The notes under the pieces: model-generated
The model's input: the letters and a program-made list of their open reading frames with translations, nothing else
What the model was told of the DNA's origin: nothing
Databases searched by the model: none
Program-made: the position numbers and the translations under genes
Assembly (NCBI GenBank): GCA_965644315.1
Contig: CBFFRQ010000149.1
Location: 1 to 64,000 of the forward strand
Length of the DNA stretch: 64,000 bases
Source: Caecitellus pseudoparvulus
Taxonomy: Eukaryota; Protista; Bigyra: Bicosoecida
Direction of reading: 5' to 3'
Shown: one piece after another, positions 42,273 to 51,218 of the stretch
Position numbering within the stretch: position 1 is the first letter of the stretch
Layout: each line of letters opens with the position of its first letter

Positions 42273-44180
42273 TTAATTGCTGATTCTATCCATTTTATAA
42301 GTTATTTCAACGTCAATATTTTCATTTATATCACTTTTAACCGCCACATTCCACGTAGGAAAGTTGCCAGATGCTGAAACTGTCATAACCTTACTTAATG
42401 TAATTTGTCCGTAGTTTTTTGATGCCTCGGCCTCCATAAATATACGCCCTATAGTTGTATCAATACCTGATGCAGAAGCAGGGGTAGTTAATCTACCAAA
42501 TACAACGGCTGTTGTTTGTCCCGGGCCATCTATTACTAAATTAATAGTAGCACTTAAAATATATGTTCCTGTTTGGTATGATTCAACAGGGATAACAGTA
42601 TCCATTACGAACGTTTTCCAAGTATTAGCGGTGAAAACATCATTAAGAGCTATTTTATAACTTTGAAAATTTGCTGTTCTTGCTAATAATTGCCCGTAGT
42701 TTGTTGCGTGATATTGTGTTGTAGCATCTTTTAACCATTCAATATTTCTATTGCCCATATCTAATTTAACATTTGTTTTAATTTCTGTGTTTGAAACTGA
42801 GAAACGCTGAACCGCTCCCCCCATATTATTACAAAAAAAGGCGTGTTCTGAAGAGCTACCGCCAGACATATTAACATATCGTGTTTCGTTGCTTAATTGT
42901 TCTATCCAATATGAAGCCAAAGAACCATCAGGACGAATTAATATTAATTTATCGGCTTGAATCTCTCCTACATCTTCAATATTATTACCATTCATATTAA
43001 TATTATTATTAAAACTGCTACCACCTGCCACACTATCAACATAAGCTTTATTAGCTCCATCAGTTCCTATAGTTGGGGTCGCTACATTTTCAATTTTATT
43101 ATTATTCATATCTAGCAAAGCTTCTATACTTGTAATTCCTGAAAATGTCTTATTTCCTGCTATGCTTTGATTTCCTGTAAGTTGAACACATTTATTAATT
43201 ATTTCATCATCAACATATTTTTTATTGGTTAAACAATCATCATTAAAAGCGGTGTCAGTTTGAAAAATACGACAACTAGGACTCAGATAAATTGCCCCTG
43301 TTTCATAAAAATATGTTAGTTGTTTATTTGGGTCGTTTCCAATTCTAAATTGAGCGGTTGTAGGGTTCTTCGCTGATAAAGTTAAAATTTTATTATTATT
43401 ATCTTGATTTAATAAAACCTCAGTTCCACCAAATAATAAATTTCCGTTAATATTTAATTCATCGTCGCCGTTATATGTTAAATCCATAGTTGTAGAGCCA
43501 TTATTAAAAGTTAATGAAGGGTTAGAGGCTTTATTCAGTGTTACCGTTTCATATGTTGGATTGGTAGGAGGAACTGGTGCAGGGTTTCCAGCATTACTAT
43601 TACCTAATAAAACATATAATTTATTATCGCTTGTTTTTAATAATCCTCCTTGTGGTTGTTGTTCTTGTGTTGTTGCTACTTTTAATGATGCGTGTTTAAA
43701 GCTTACGGTAATATTTGAAGTTCCATTATTTTGAGCTCCAATATATACATATCGTGCATTTGCTGGATAATCTAAACCGTCGCCGATAGCTTGAATATCG
43801 ATTTTATTATCTTTATTTACAAGATTAAAAGGGAAACCAGAAGAAATATAAGTATTATCCTTATCATAATAATCAACACGAATATTTAAATTTAATTCTT
43901 CCTCTTCTACTGTTTCCAATTCAACATAATAATTTAAATAAAGTTTATAATATGTCCCTTTATTTGATGGTAATAATAAAGCGTCTTGTATTGGTTGCGT
44001 TAAAAATAAGGTTTTATAAGTTGCATTGTTTGTTAATGTGTCAGTTGTTCCAAATGTTATGCCTGATGTGCTGATATAATTAAAAGCCTCTTGAAGTCGT
44101 GCTATGCTGTTATTTTGTGTTGGTTCATTATAAACCCCAGCATTCGCCATTTCGTAACGGTTATTAATTGCGTTAAACAT
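42273..44180 (-). CDS. Putative fibre/receptor-binding protein (outer)
   Basis: TNKKYVDD, NQSIAGNKTF, DMNNNKIENV and GANKAYVD shaft motifs shared with the 28703 protein. Confidence 0.7.
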   Translation of the reverse strand: MFNAINNRYEMANAGVYNEPTQNNSIARLQEAFNYISTSGITFGTTDTLTNNATYKTLFLTQPIQDALLLPSNKGTYYKLYLNYYVELETVEEEELNLNIRVDYYDKDNTYISSGFPFNLVNKDNKIDIQAIGDGLDYPANARYVYIGAQNNGTSNITVSFKHASLKVATTQEQQPQGGLLKTSDNKLYVLLGNSNAGNPAPVPPTNPTYETVTLNKASNPSLTFNNGSTTMDLTYNGDDELNINGNLLFGGTEVLLNQDNNNKILTLSAKNPTTAQFRIGNDPNKQLTYFYETGAIYLSPSCRIFQTDTAFNDDCLTNKKYVDDEIINKCVQLTGNQSIAGNKTFSGITSIEALLDMNNNKIENVATPTIGTDGANKAYVDSVAGGSSFNNNINMNGNNIEDVGEIQADKLILIRPDGSLASYWIEQLSNETRYVNMSGGSSSEHAFFCNNMGGAVQRFSVSNTEIKTNVKLDMGNRNIEWLKDATTQYHATNYGQLLARTANFQSYKIALNDVFTANTWKTFVMDTVIPVESYQTGTYILSATINLVIDGPGQTTAVVFGRLTTPASASGIDTTIGRIFMEAEASKNYGQITLSKVMTVSASGNFPTWNVAVKSDINENIDVEITYKMDRISN

Positions 44181-44256
44181 ATCTATATAATTAACATATA
44201 TTTTTTATTATTCAGTTAATACAAAATAATAAAATACTTTTTTATAATTTAATTTT

Positions 44257-46029
44257 TTAAAGTAAGTTTTTTAAATAGTTTGAATTTTTACGCCGTCCTC
44301 CTGTGGTTATTCCTCCTCCTGCTGCTCCTCCTGTATTTTTACCATATCCTAGAACTTCCACAACATCGGCGGCTTTTTTTGCTCTGTCATCTCCTGAGGC
44401 TCTAGCAAGGCTTTTTCCTAATTTTGCCATTTCTTTCGTTACTGGACTAGAAGCGATTTTTTTTAATGTGCTGTTTAGTTTGCTCCAAAAATTAGACCCT
44501 CCGACATAACGTTTTAAGCTCATTGTGTCGCCTTGGACTGGTGCTTCTATAACTTCGCTTTCTGTAAGTGGTGCAGTGGTTATAGCAGATTGTCCGCCTT
44601 TAGTTACAAAGAATCCAGAATTTACAGCAACTAAATATAAAATGGGGCTTGTTACTGCTTCTGCTTGTTGGTTTTTGACTTCGACATCAAACTGCAGCGT
44701 GTAATTTCCGCCCACACCTGACGCAGCGCCATTGTTTAAAGCGAAATCAATCCCTGGACGAACGACAAGGAAGCCACCTACGAGGGGAACTTCTACAGCT
44801 GTTCCATTACCGCTCCACGCTGTGCCGTCGTATGTGTTATAATCCATATCTAGTCCGTTACGTTGTGACATATGGAATAATTGCTCTTTAGTCATACTGG
44901 ACATAATACCGCTTACATTATCAAACTGCATACTAATTGACTGAATAGGGAGGTGATAATCGCCGACTTTATTATCTGTTATATTTGGTTTTACATAAAT
45001 TAGCATTAAATCAGGAATTTGCGAAAGTGTGACCGTTTGGCTTTTTAATTTTGCGGTTGCTCCTGCTCCAATTGTTACACCTGTATTATTAGAAACAAAT
45101 CTAGGGAATTCCATATATGGGACGATGTTCTGTTCAGGTAAAGGAATAGATAAACTAGGAGTTCTAAAAACGCAATTAATGCGAGGGTCAATAAATGGGT
45201 TACTTCCTGTAAATCTAACGGTTGAAATTGCTAAATTATCAGGATTATAACAACGTAGAAGGCGTGAAGGGTCGCCGACATTTGCCTGAATTCTAATATT
45301 GTTTATTCCAAAAAGTCCGCAACTGTCTTCTTCTGATTCATTCCAAATAAAGGGACTAACCATTAAATTTTCGGTGACGTCTAATTCAAAATATAAAACT
45401 TGTGTTCCGTTAGCGTCTTTAGCTGCGTCCCATACTGGCTGAGTGCCTAGGGGGTTACCATTTGCATCAACCCATTTAAAGCCTGTAAATGCTCCATTAG
45501 GTTGGTTATCATTTGAGAGGGCTGAACCGTAGCCATTTAATACACTTGCTGGTTGGGTTTTACCATCATCATACTTTAAAAATTTATCAAGCATAACAGG
45601 CGTTGTTTTGCTTTTATGGTTATGTTTTGTTGCGGTGATTCTTTCAATTTCATATAAAATATCCCTTACGTTGCTTGTGGTGGTTGCATTATTAATAGTT
45701 GCTGAAAGTGTGGTAAATAAGGAATGTAAAGGATACGCACAAGATGCTAAATGAACCCCATAATAAATCCCTATTACAGCTCCTGCGGTTCGTGCTACTG
45801 CTGTCGTTACCGTAAATTCGCCACGAATTTTGGTAGAAATTGGGACTGGTCTATCCATAAAAACATTTTGATTTGGTGAGTTAATATTAAAAGCAAGAGC
45901 GGAAGAAGAGCTATTATTAGCTTGAAATGATGTGTTTGAAACGCTTAACGCTCCTTCATTTACTGCATATCGTGGGGTTGGTTGCACGATGCGAGCATCC
46001 ATAATTTTAACTTTTTCTACTTGAGACAT
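44257..46029 (-). CDS. Virophage major capsid protein (Sputnik-like)
   Basis: 590 aa; blocks recalled from Sputnik MCP: YPLHSLFTTLSATINN, SPFIW, KSQTVTLSQIPDLMLIYVK, GNYTLQF, and a YVGG/SNFW maturation-type tail. Confidence 0.9.
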   Translation of the reverse strand: MSQVEKVKIMDARIVQPTPRYAVNEGALSVSNTSFQANNSSSSALAFNINSPNQNVFMDRPVPISTKIRGEFTVTTAVARTAGAVIGIYYGVHLASCAYPLHSLFTTLSATINNATTTSNVRDILYEIERITATKHNHKSKTTPVMLDKFLKYDDGKTQPASVLNGYGSALSNDNQPNGAFTGFKWVDANGNPLGTQPVWDAAKDANGTQVLYFELDVTENLMVSPFIWNESEEDSCGLFGINNIRIQANVGDPSRLLRCYNPDNLAISTVRFTGSNPFIDPRINCVFRTPSLSIPLPEQNIVPYMEFPRFVSNNTGVTIGAGATAKLKSQTVTLSQIPDLMLIYVKPNITDNKVGDYHLPIQSISMQFDNVSGIMSSMTKEQLFHMSQRNGLDMDYNTYDGTAWSGNGTAVEVPLVGGFLVVRPGIDFALNNGAASGVGGNYTLQFDVEVKNQQAEAVTSPILYLVAVNSGFFVTKGGQSAITTAPLTESEVIEAPVQGDTMSLKRYVGGSNFWSKLNSTLKKIASSPVTKEMAKLGKSLARASGDDRAKKAADVVEVLGYGKNTGGAAGGGITTGGRRKNSNYLKNLL

Positions 46030-46080
46030 ATATATATAACTTTTAGAAAAAAAAAATATATATTATATATTAAAAAAAAT

Positions 46081-47199
46081 TTACTTTTTAGAAAATAATA
46101 ATTTCATAGTTACATTTCCTAAATTACTTAATTTTATAGGTATTAGTTCCCCTGTTAATCTAGCCTTCCAAAATACATTTATATTTATGCTTCTTATAGT
46201 TTCTGAATTATTTGATAAGCTTATCCAACGTGGCGGACCTTGTGGAATGTAGCTTATAAATTGTTTATATTCGTATGCATCGTCAAGGGTTAGGGCAATG
46301 TCTGTTATAATACTTTCATAATTACTGCTCGAATCTGTGGGGGTTGTTGTGTTACTGCTTCCGAATGTGATAGGCTGGGCGACTCCTTCAGGAATAATTG
46401 GTAATATTGAACTTGTAAAAACTAAAGAAGACACAGGCGACCAATAAGAACCGAGGCTGATAGCCTCTTGCTCAACCTTTACATAATCTGTATTATCGCC
46501 CCCTATATCTAGCGTTACACTGTTTAACCCTGCGTTATTTCTTGGTAAAATGCGGTATCTTTGGGCGTTGTTGCTGTCGTCTAAATCGTGAGGATAAAAG
46601 CCTATTAGATTATATAAATTACTATTAAAATATATTTTTATTTTTAGGTCATCCAAAATATAAAAATCAAATTTCTTTTTTGAAGGTTCATAATTTAAAA
46701 ATGATTTTTTTAAATCTGTGAATGCTGGGTCATCAATTTTAACCTGTGCGTTTATATCTGTTATAGCACTTGATAAAGCATTATTAATTAAGCTTACGAA
46801 ATGTTCGTATGAATTACAATAATAATATTCATACTCCATTTTCTGCGTTGTGAATGGGTCATTTGGTGGGGTTTTGCTTGCGTCTTCAGGTTGCCATATT
46901 ACGGCTTGTGTGCTTTCGTATAGTGTCAAATTAGTGTGTAAATAAGCAATTTTGACAGAATAAACGGTTTTATTTGGGTTCGTTTGATTTGGTTCAATAT
47001 GAGGAATAAATAACGGTATATCTTGAACGCCGTTCATAGTAAAACGCATAACCGCCATTTTATATTTTGATATATCTCTTATTATCGGTTGGTCTCTTGT
47101 TTCGTTAAATGTGGCTCTTGGGTCATTTACTATTCCTTGACTTGTTGTGCGACCGTTGATAATATCAATATTATAATAAATATTCTCTTCTTGATTCAT
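46081..47199 (-). CDS. Virophage minor capsid protein (penton)
   Basis: YYNIDI...FNETRDQPII...Y.MAVMRF, WSPVSSLVFTS, IITDI and INVFWK motifs typical of virophage pentons. Confidence 0.85.
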   Translation of the reverse strand: MNQEENIYYNIDIINGRTTSQGIVNDPRATFNETRDQPIIRDISKYKMAVMRFTMNGVQDIPLFIPHIEPNQTNPNKTVYSVKIAYLHTNLTLYESTQAVIWQPEDASKTPPNDPFTTQKMEYEYYYCNSYEHFVSLINNALSSAITDINAQVKIDDPAFTDLKKSFLNYEPSKKKFDFYILDDLKIKIYFNSNLYNLIGFYPHDLDDSNNAQRYRILPRNNAGLNSVTLDIGGDNTDYVKVEQEAISLGSYWSPVSSLVFTSSILPIIPEGVAQPITFGSSNTTTPTDSSSNYESIITDIALTLDDAYEYKQFISYIPQGPPRWISLSNNSETIRSININVFWKARLTGELIPIKLSNLGNVTMKLLFSKK

Positions 47200-47217
47200 A
47201 TATATAATAGTAATATT

Positions 47218-47802
47218 TTAATTTTTTATTTTAGTTATTAAATCGTGCGTCAATTTCGTGACTATATCGTCATAATCTTTCAAATATTTATTTTTTAATT
47301 CATTCAATAATTTAGAATATTTTTTTAATGGTAATTTATGAAATATCAGCCGTGAGGCTGTATGCCTTCCACACGTCCCTATATCATCGCCTAATTTTTG
47401 AAATTTTTTATTATTATATTCTAAATTATAACCTGCTTCTTGTATCATCTTTAATAATTTTGGTTCGGTTTGTCCTACTTTTTCGGCTACGTCTGGAGGT
47501 GTTCCTAAATTTTGGATTGATGTATCAGGGGGGAAGCCGTAAGGGTCAAAATATTCAATTGTATTATTTCGTTTTATTATGCATACCCAATGCCCCACGG
47601 TTTCACTTTGTGTAAGATATAATAAAATACAACGCCCTAATTTATCGAGTATTTCGTCAATATGTCTAAAATTATAAAGTTGATTATATGGGTATATGTT
47701 AGTATCAGGATTTAAAATATAATCTAAATCGTCATTGCTTAAATATTGAGCCTTTAAATATTCTCTAAATTCTTTATTTTTTTCTACATCTTCACCGTTC
47801 AT
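47218..47802 (-). CDS. Adenain/Ulp1-like cysteine maturation protease
   Basis: GHWVC, YFDPYG, FQ and TCGRH catalytic motifs. Confidence 0.9.
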   Translation of the reverse strand: MNGEDVEKNKEFREYLKAQYLSNDDLDYILNPDTNIYPYNQLYNFRHIDEILDKLGRCILLYLTQSETVGHWVCIIKRNNTIEYFDPYGFPPDTSIQNLGTPPDVAEKVGQTEPKLLKMIQEAGYNLEYNNKKFQKLGDDIGTCGRHTASRLIFHKLPLKKYSKLLNELKNKYLKDYDDIVTKLTHDLITKIKN

Positions 47803-47849
47803 TTTATATATATAATTATAAATATAAAATTAAATTTCAATTAAAATTA

Positions 47850-48629
47850 TTAATCGGTATGGAGTAAATATGCACTGTTTGCAGATAATATAAAGTTAGG
47901 ATAATTACAAAATACACAAGCCCACCTACCCAATCTCTTTAATGGTTTTACTTGTTCCTTATCACAATTTCCATAATTTTTAAGTAAATAACCCAATTGG
48001 TGAGAGCCTGAATTTTGGGGAAAAATTATAATATGTGATGATTCATTCAAAATTAAACGTGTTTTACTATAATTTGTTAAATTGTGGGCTATATAGCAAA
48101 GGCTCATATTTTTATGACGCCCCATAATGCATATATCATCAATAATTTTTAATACCTCGTTTAAAATTGGCTTTTCTAAAGTTTCAAAATCATCAAAAAT
48201 ATAAAAGCCTTCGTTATCTTCGTTGTTAATATCAAATGCTTGAATAAAATCCTCAATATCGACCCTTGTTATAAAATCTAATTCATCCAGTGTTTCATCT
48301 TTCATAAGTTTTGAAATTAAATAAATTGGCAATTCTGGGTTTAACCTATGGTAATTATTTATAATTATTTTTGCTTGGTATGATTTCCCAGATCCACTCG
48401 CCCCAGCAATATAAAAAATATCTCTTTTTCCTTTCTTTGTGTTGGGTAGAATATTATATATTAAATCCGCTGGTAAATCAATACGTTTTTTTCCGTGGTG
48501 TTTATCACTGAGACATAATAATTTATTAAAATTCTTGTTGTTTTCATCACCTTTAACTATTGCTACAGGATTAAAAGAACCCTTTTTAATTTTTGGGCTG
48601 TTATAGTCTAGCAATTCAAAGCCAACCAT
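47850..48629 (-). CDS. A32/FtsK-HerA packaging ATPase (outer)
   Basis: GASGSGKS, YIFDD, MGRH and LILNES motifs. Confidence 0.92.
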   Translation of the reverse strand: MVGFELLDYNSPKIKKGSFNPVAIVKGDENNKNFNKLLCLSDKHHGKKRIDLPADLIYNILPNTKKGKRDIFYIAGASGSGKSYQAKIIINNYHRLNPELPIYLISKLMKDETLDELDFITRVDIEDFIQAFDINNEDNEGFYIFDDFETLEKPILNEVLKIIDDICIMGRHKNMSLCYIAHNLTNYSKTRLILNESSHIIIFPQNSGSHQLGYLLKNYGNCDKEQVKPLKRLGRWACVFCNYPNFILSANSAYLLHTD

Positions 48630-48759
48630 TATATATTTATAGTTTATATATTTTTTATAAATTTTTAAAAAAAAGATTTACAAAAAGTTAAAAAATGTTA
48701 TTGTTTTAGTGTAGGCTTAGCGGTGGGTTAAATAGTTTTTCAACTTTTTGTAAAACTTT

Positions 48760-50484
48760 TTATTTAAATATTCCAAGAGCTTTACCCATTTTATCTCCTA
48801 CATCTTGCATCCAATTTATCAAACCTCCAGAACCAGCACCAACAATAAATTTTTTGGTGAATTGTTCAGGGCTTAAATATCGACCTTGTCCAATTATTAA
48901 GCGGTCATCTTTTGGGCGGTCGTCGTCGCTCTCTTCTCCTTCACCATCGCGGAACATATCTAATATTTCAGGTTGAACATCCCCCTTTTTTCTACCTTTT
49001 CGCCCTCTTGTTCGGTCTGCTACTGGTTGGGCTTGTCCTGCTGTGTCGTCTTCGCCTTCTTCTTCGCTTTCTAATTCCTTTAATTCTGCTTCATTCCTTA
49101 TTAATTTTTGCCTTAAATCTTCCATTGTCTTCTCTAATTTATTAATTTGTTGTTCAATTTTATTTTGTTCTTTCAATATGATTTTTTCCCTTTCTCTTTC
49201 TAATTTATTTAATTGCATTTGATTTAGTCGCACTGTCTGCGCATCTAGTGTGCCTGTTTCTAATATTTCGTTAATTCTTCTTGCTTCATCTACAATTTTA
49301 AAATATCTTGTGCGTTCTTTTTCATTTTGAATATCTGGATTATCTGTGTTTAAACTGTTTAGCCTTGTTGTTAATTGTTCGTATTCTTCTAATAATCTTT
49401 CCCTTAGTTGTTCTTGTTCTTGAATTAATTTTTCTAATTTCTGCATTTTTTCGGCTCTATCTTTTGCTCTTTTATATTTTTCTTCGGTTTCTTTAATTTC
49501 TTGTAATCTCTTTTTAACGTCTTTTCTATCTGTTAAATTGGCGGTGCGTTGGTCGCTGTCCTTATCGTCTTTATATTGTCTTACGAATCGTTCAATTTCT
49601 TGATATGCACTTCTTGGGAGTAAATCTTTTAAATTATCAACTCCTTTTTTAACCTCTTCATTAATTCGCCTCATATCTTCATTAAATAAATCATTCTTTT
49701 TAGCTTTTATTATTTGGTTAAAATCACCGTTAAATTTTTGTAGTCTGTCGGATGGGTTCATATTATAGCTATTTATTAAGGATTGTAAAACTAAATATAT
49801 TTTAAAAATAACCTCATAATAATCCACACGCTCCAAATAATCGATATAAGTAGAAGATATTTTATTTTCGGTTCGTCCTTGTCCTGAGCCTTTTTCAGTG
49901 ATAAATTTGCCGAATAAATCACGACCTATAAATAATTTCTCCATATTTCCCAAATAATTATCTATATGTGTTTCTGTTATTTGGGCGTATCTTTCTAATG
50001 AACTTATTGATAATCCTAAACCGTAGGCTTTTAAATTCCCTAGCACTTGTTTTGCTTCTTTGGCGTTATTTGTTACTTCTTTTAAAGAAAAATCAACGTT
50101 TGAAAGCTCACTAAAAAATAATTCAAATGAAGTTTTTACAGTTTCAGGCGTTTCAATATCCTCACGTTTTGGAGGTGGAAGCCCTAAATTTAGCGTTTTT
50201 AGTTGTTCTGCTCGTCGTTTTAATTGCTCTCTTACTTTCGTATTATCACTAAGAACACCACCTCGTATATTTCCTAATACCATATTATAATTTAATTGAT
50301 TACTGTTTCCGCTGAAGCTATCAAGCCTATTAAATGAGCCCTGAGGTTGTGGTTTAGGTAATTTATATAAACCTTTTAAAAATCGTTCTTCATTTTTAGC
50401 GGTTTGTTTTAATCTATTTAATACGTTTCTTTTTGAATAATTCGCATATTTCAAATGAAATAAATCTCTTTCTTTATTACTCAT
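48760..50484 (-). CDS. Hypothetical coiled-coil protein, possible protease-processed core protein
   Basis: 574 aa; long coiled coil; IRGG, IIGQG and IVGAG sites. Confidence 0.65.
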   Translation of the reverse strand: MSNKERDLFHLKYANYSKRNVLNRLKQTAKNEERFLKGLYKLPKPQPQGSFNRLDSFSGNSNQLNYNMVLGNIRGGVLSDNTKVREQLKRRAEQLKTLNLGLPPPKREDIETPETVKTSFELFFSELSNVDFSLKEVTNNAKEAKQVLGNLKAYGLGLSISSLERYAQITETHIDNYLGNMEKLFIGRDLFGKFITEKGSGQGRTENKISSTYIDYLERVDYYEVIFKIYLVLQSLINSYNMNPSDRLQKFNGDFNQIIKAKKNDLFNEDMRRINEEVKKGVDNLKDLLPRSAYQEIERFVRQYKDDKDSDQRTANLTDRKDVKKRLQEIKETEEKYKRAKDRAEKMQKLEKLIQEQEQLRERLLEEYEQLTTRLNSLNTDNPDIQNEKERTRYFKIVDEARRINEILETGTLDAQTVRLNQMQLNKLEREREKIILKEQNKIEQQINKLEKTMEDLRQKLIRNEAELKELESEEEGEDDTAGQAQPVADRTRGRKGRKKGDVQPEILDMFRDGEGEESDDDRPKDDRLIIGQGRYLSPEQFTKKFIVGAGSGGLINWMQDVGDKMGKALGIFK

Positions 50485-50547
50485 ATATATTAAATAAGGA
50501 TATTTTATTTTTATTGTTATATTAATTAATTAACGATAAAATAAAAT

Positions 50548-51189
50548 TTAATCTAATAAATGATTTTGTTTTATGTATTTTGAAGCTTCCCCAAGGCTCA
50601 TATTATGCTCTTTCATCAGTTGTGAAACTAATTTATTCCGTTTTTTTTGTTTCTCTGATAATTTACGAGGCTTCTTAGCTTTTTTCATTTTACCATATCC
50701 AACAGCCTCTAAACCTGCCTTAATATGTTGTCCATATGGAAGAGCTGGAGAAATGGCTTTTATTACCTTTCCTGCGGGCTTCCACACCATATCGAACCCT
50801 TTCTTAAAATCCTTCCAGAAGCTACCACCCTTAATATGTCCGAGGTGTTTCTGTAATTCTTCCGCATATTTTTCGCCTAATTTCTGACCCCCTAAAAATT
50901 CACCCTGCTCACGGTCTGGAATTTTTGCCTTTTTAGCTCGTTTTCCTCCTACGGTTCTTTTTGTGCTTCCTAATAGACCCTCGAGGCGTTTATCTGTATA
51001 TGGTTCGGTGTTTAATTCGCCATAACTTCGTCCTCCGTAAGTGCGGTTATGTTGTGATGGTAAGTGAATAAGTTGCGGAAAATATACTGTATGACCTTTA
51101 CCCCCTTCAACTGTTGAATTTTCAAGGGTTCTTGATTGTTCCATATTTAATAATAAATCCCTTAGTTCTTGGTTTTCTACTTGTGACAT
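50548..51189 (-). CDS. Basic, di-glycine-rich putative core/membrane-active precursor
   Basis: Five xxGG sites; IKGG/SFWKDF...VGYGK resembles the MCP tail. Confidence 0.6.
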   Translation of the reverse strand: MSQVENQELRDLLLNMEQSRTLENSTVEGGKGHTVYFPQLIHLPSQHNRTYGGRSYGELNTEPYTDKRLEGLLGSTKRTVGGKRAKKAKIPDREQGEFLGGQKLGEKYAEELQKHLGHIKGGSFWKDFKKGFDMVWKPAGKVIKAISPALPYGQHIKAGLEAVGYGKMKKAKKPRKLSEKQKKRNKLVSQLMKEHNMSLGEASKYIKQNHLLD

Positions 51190-51218
51190 ATAATATATAT
51201 AACTATATTTTTTTTTCC

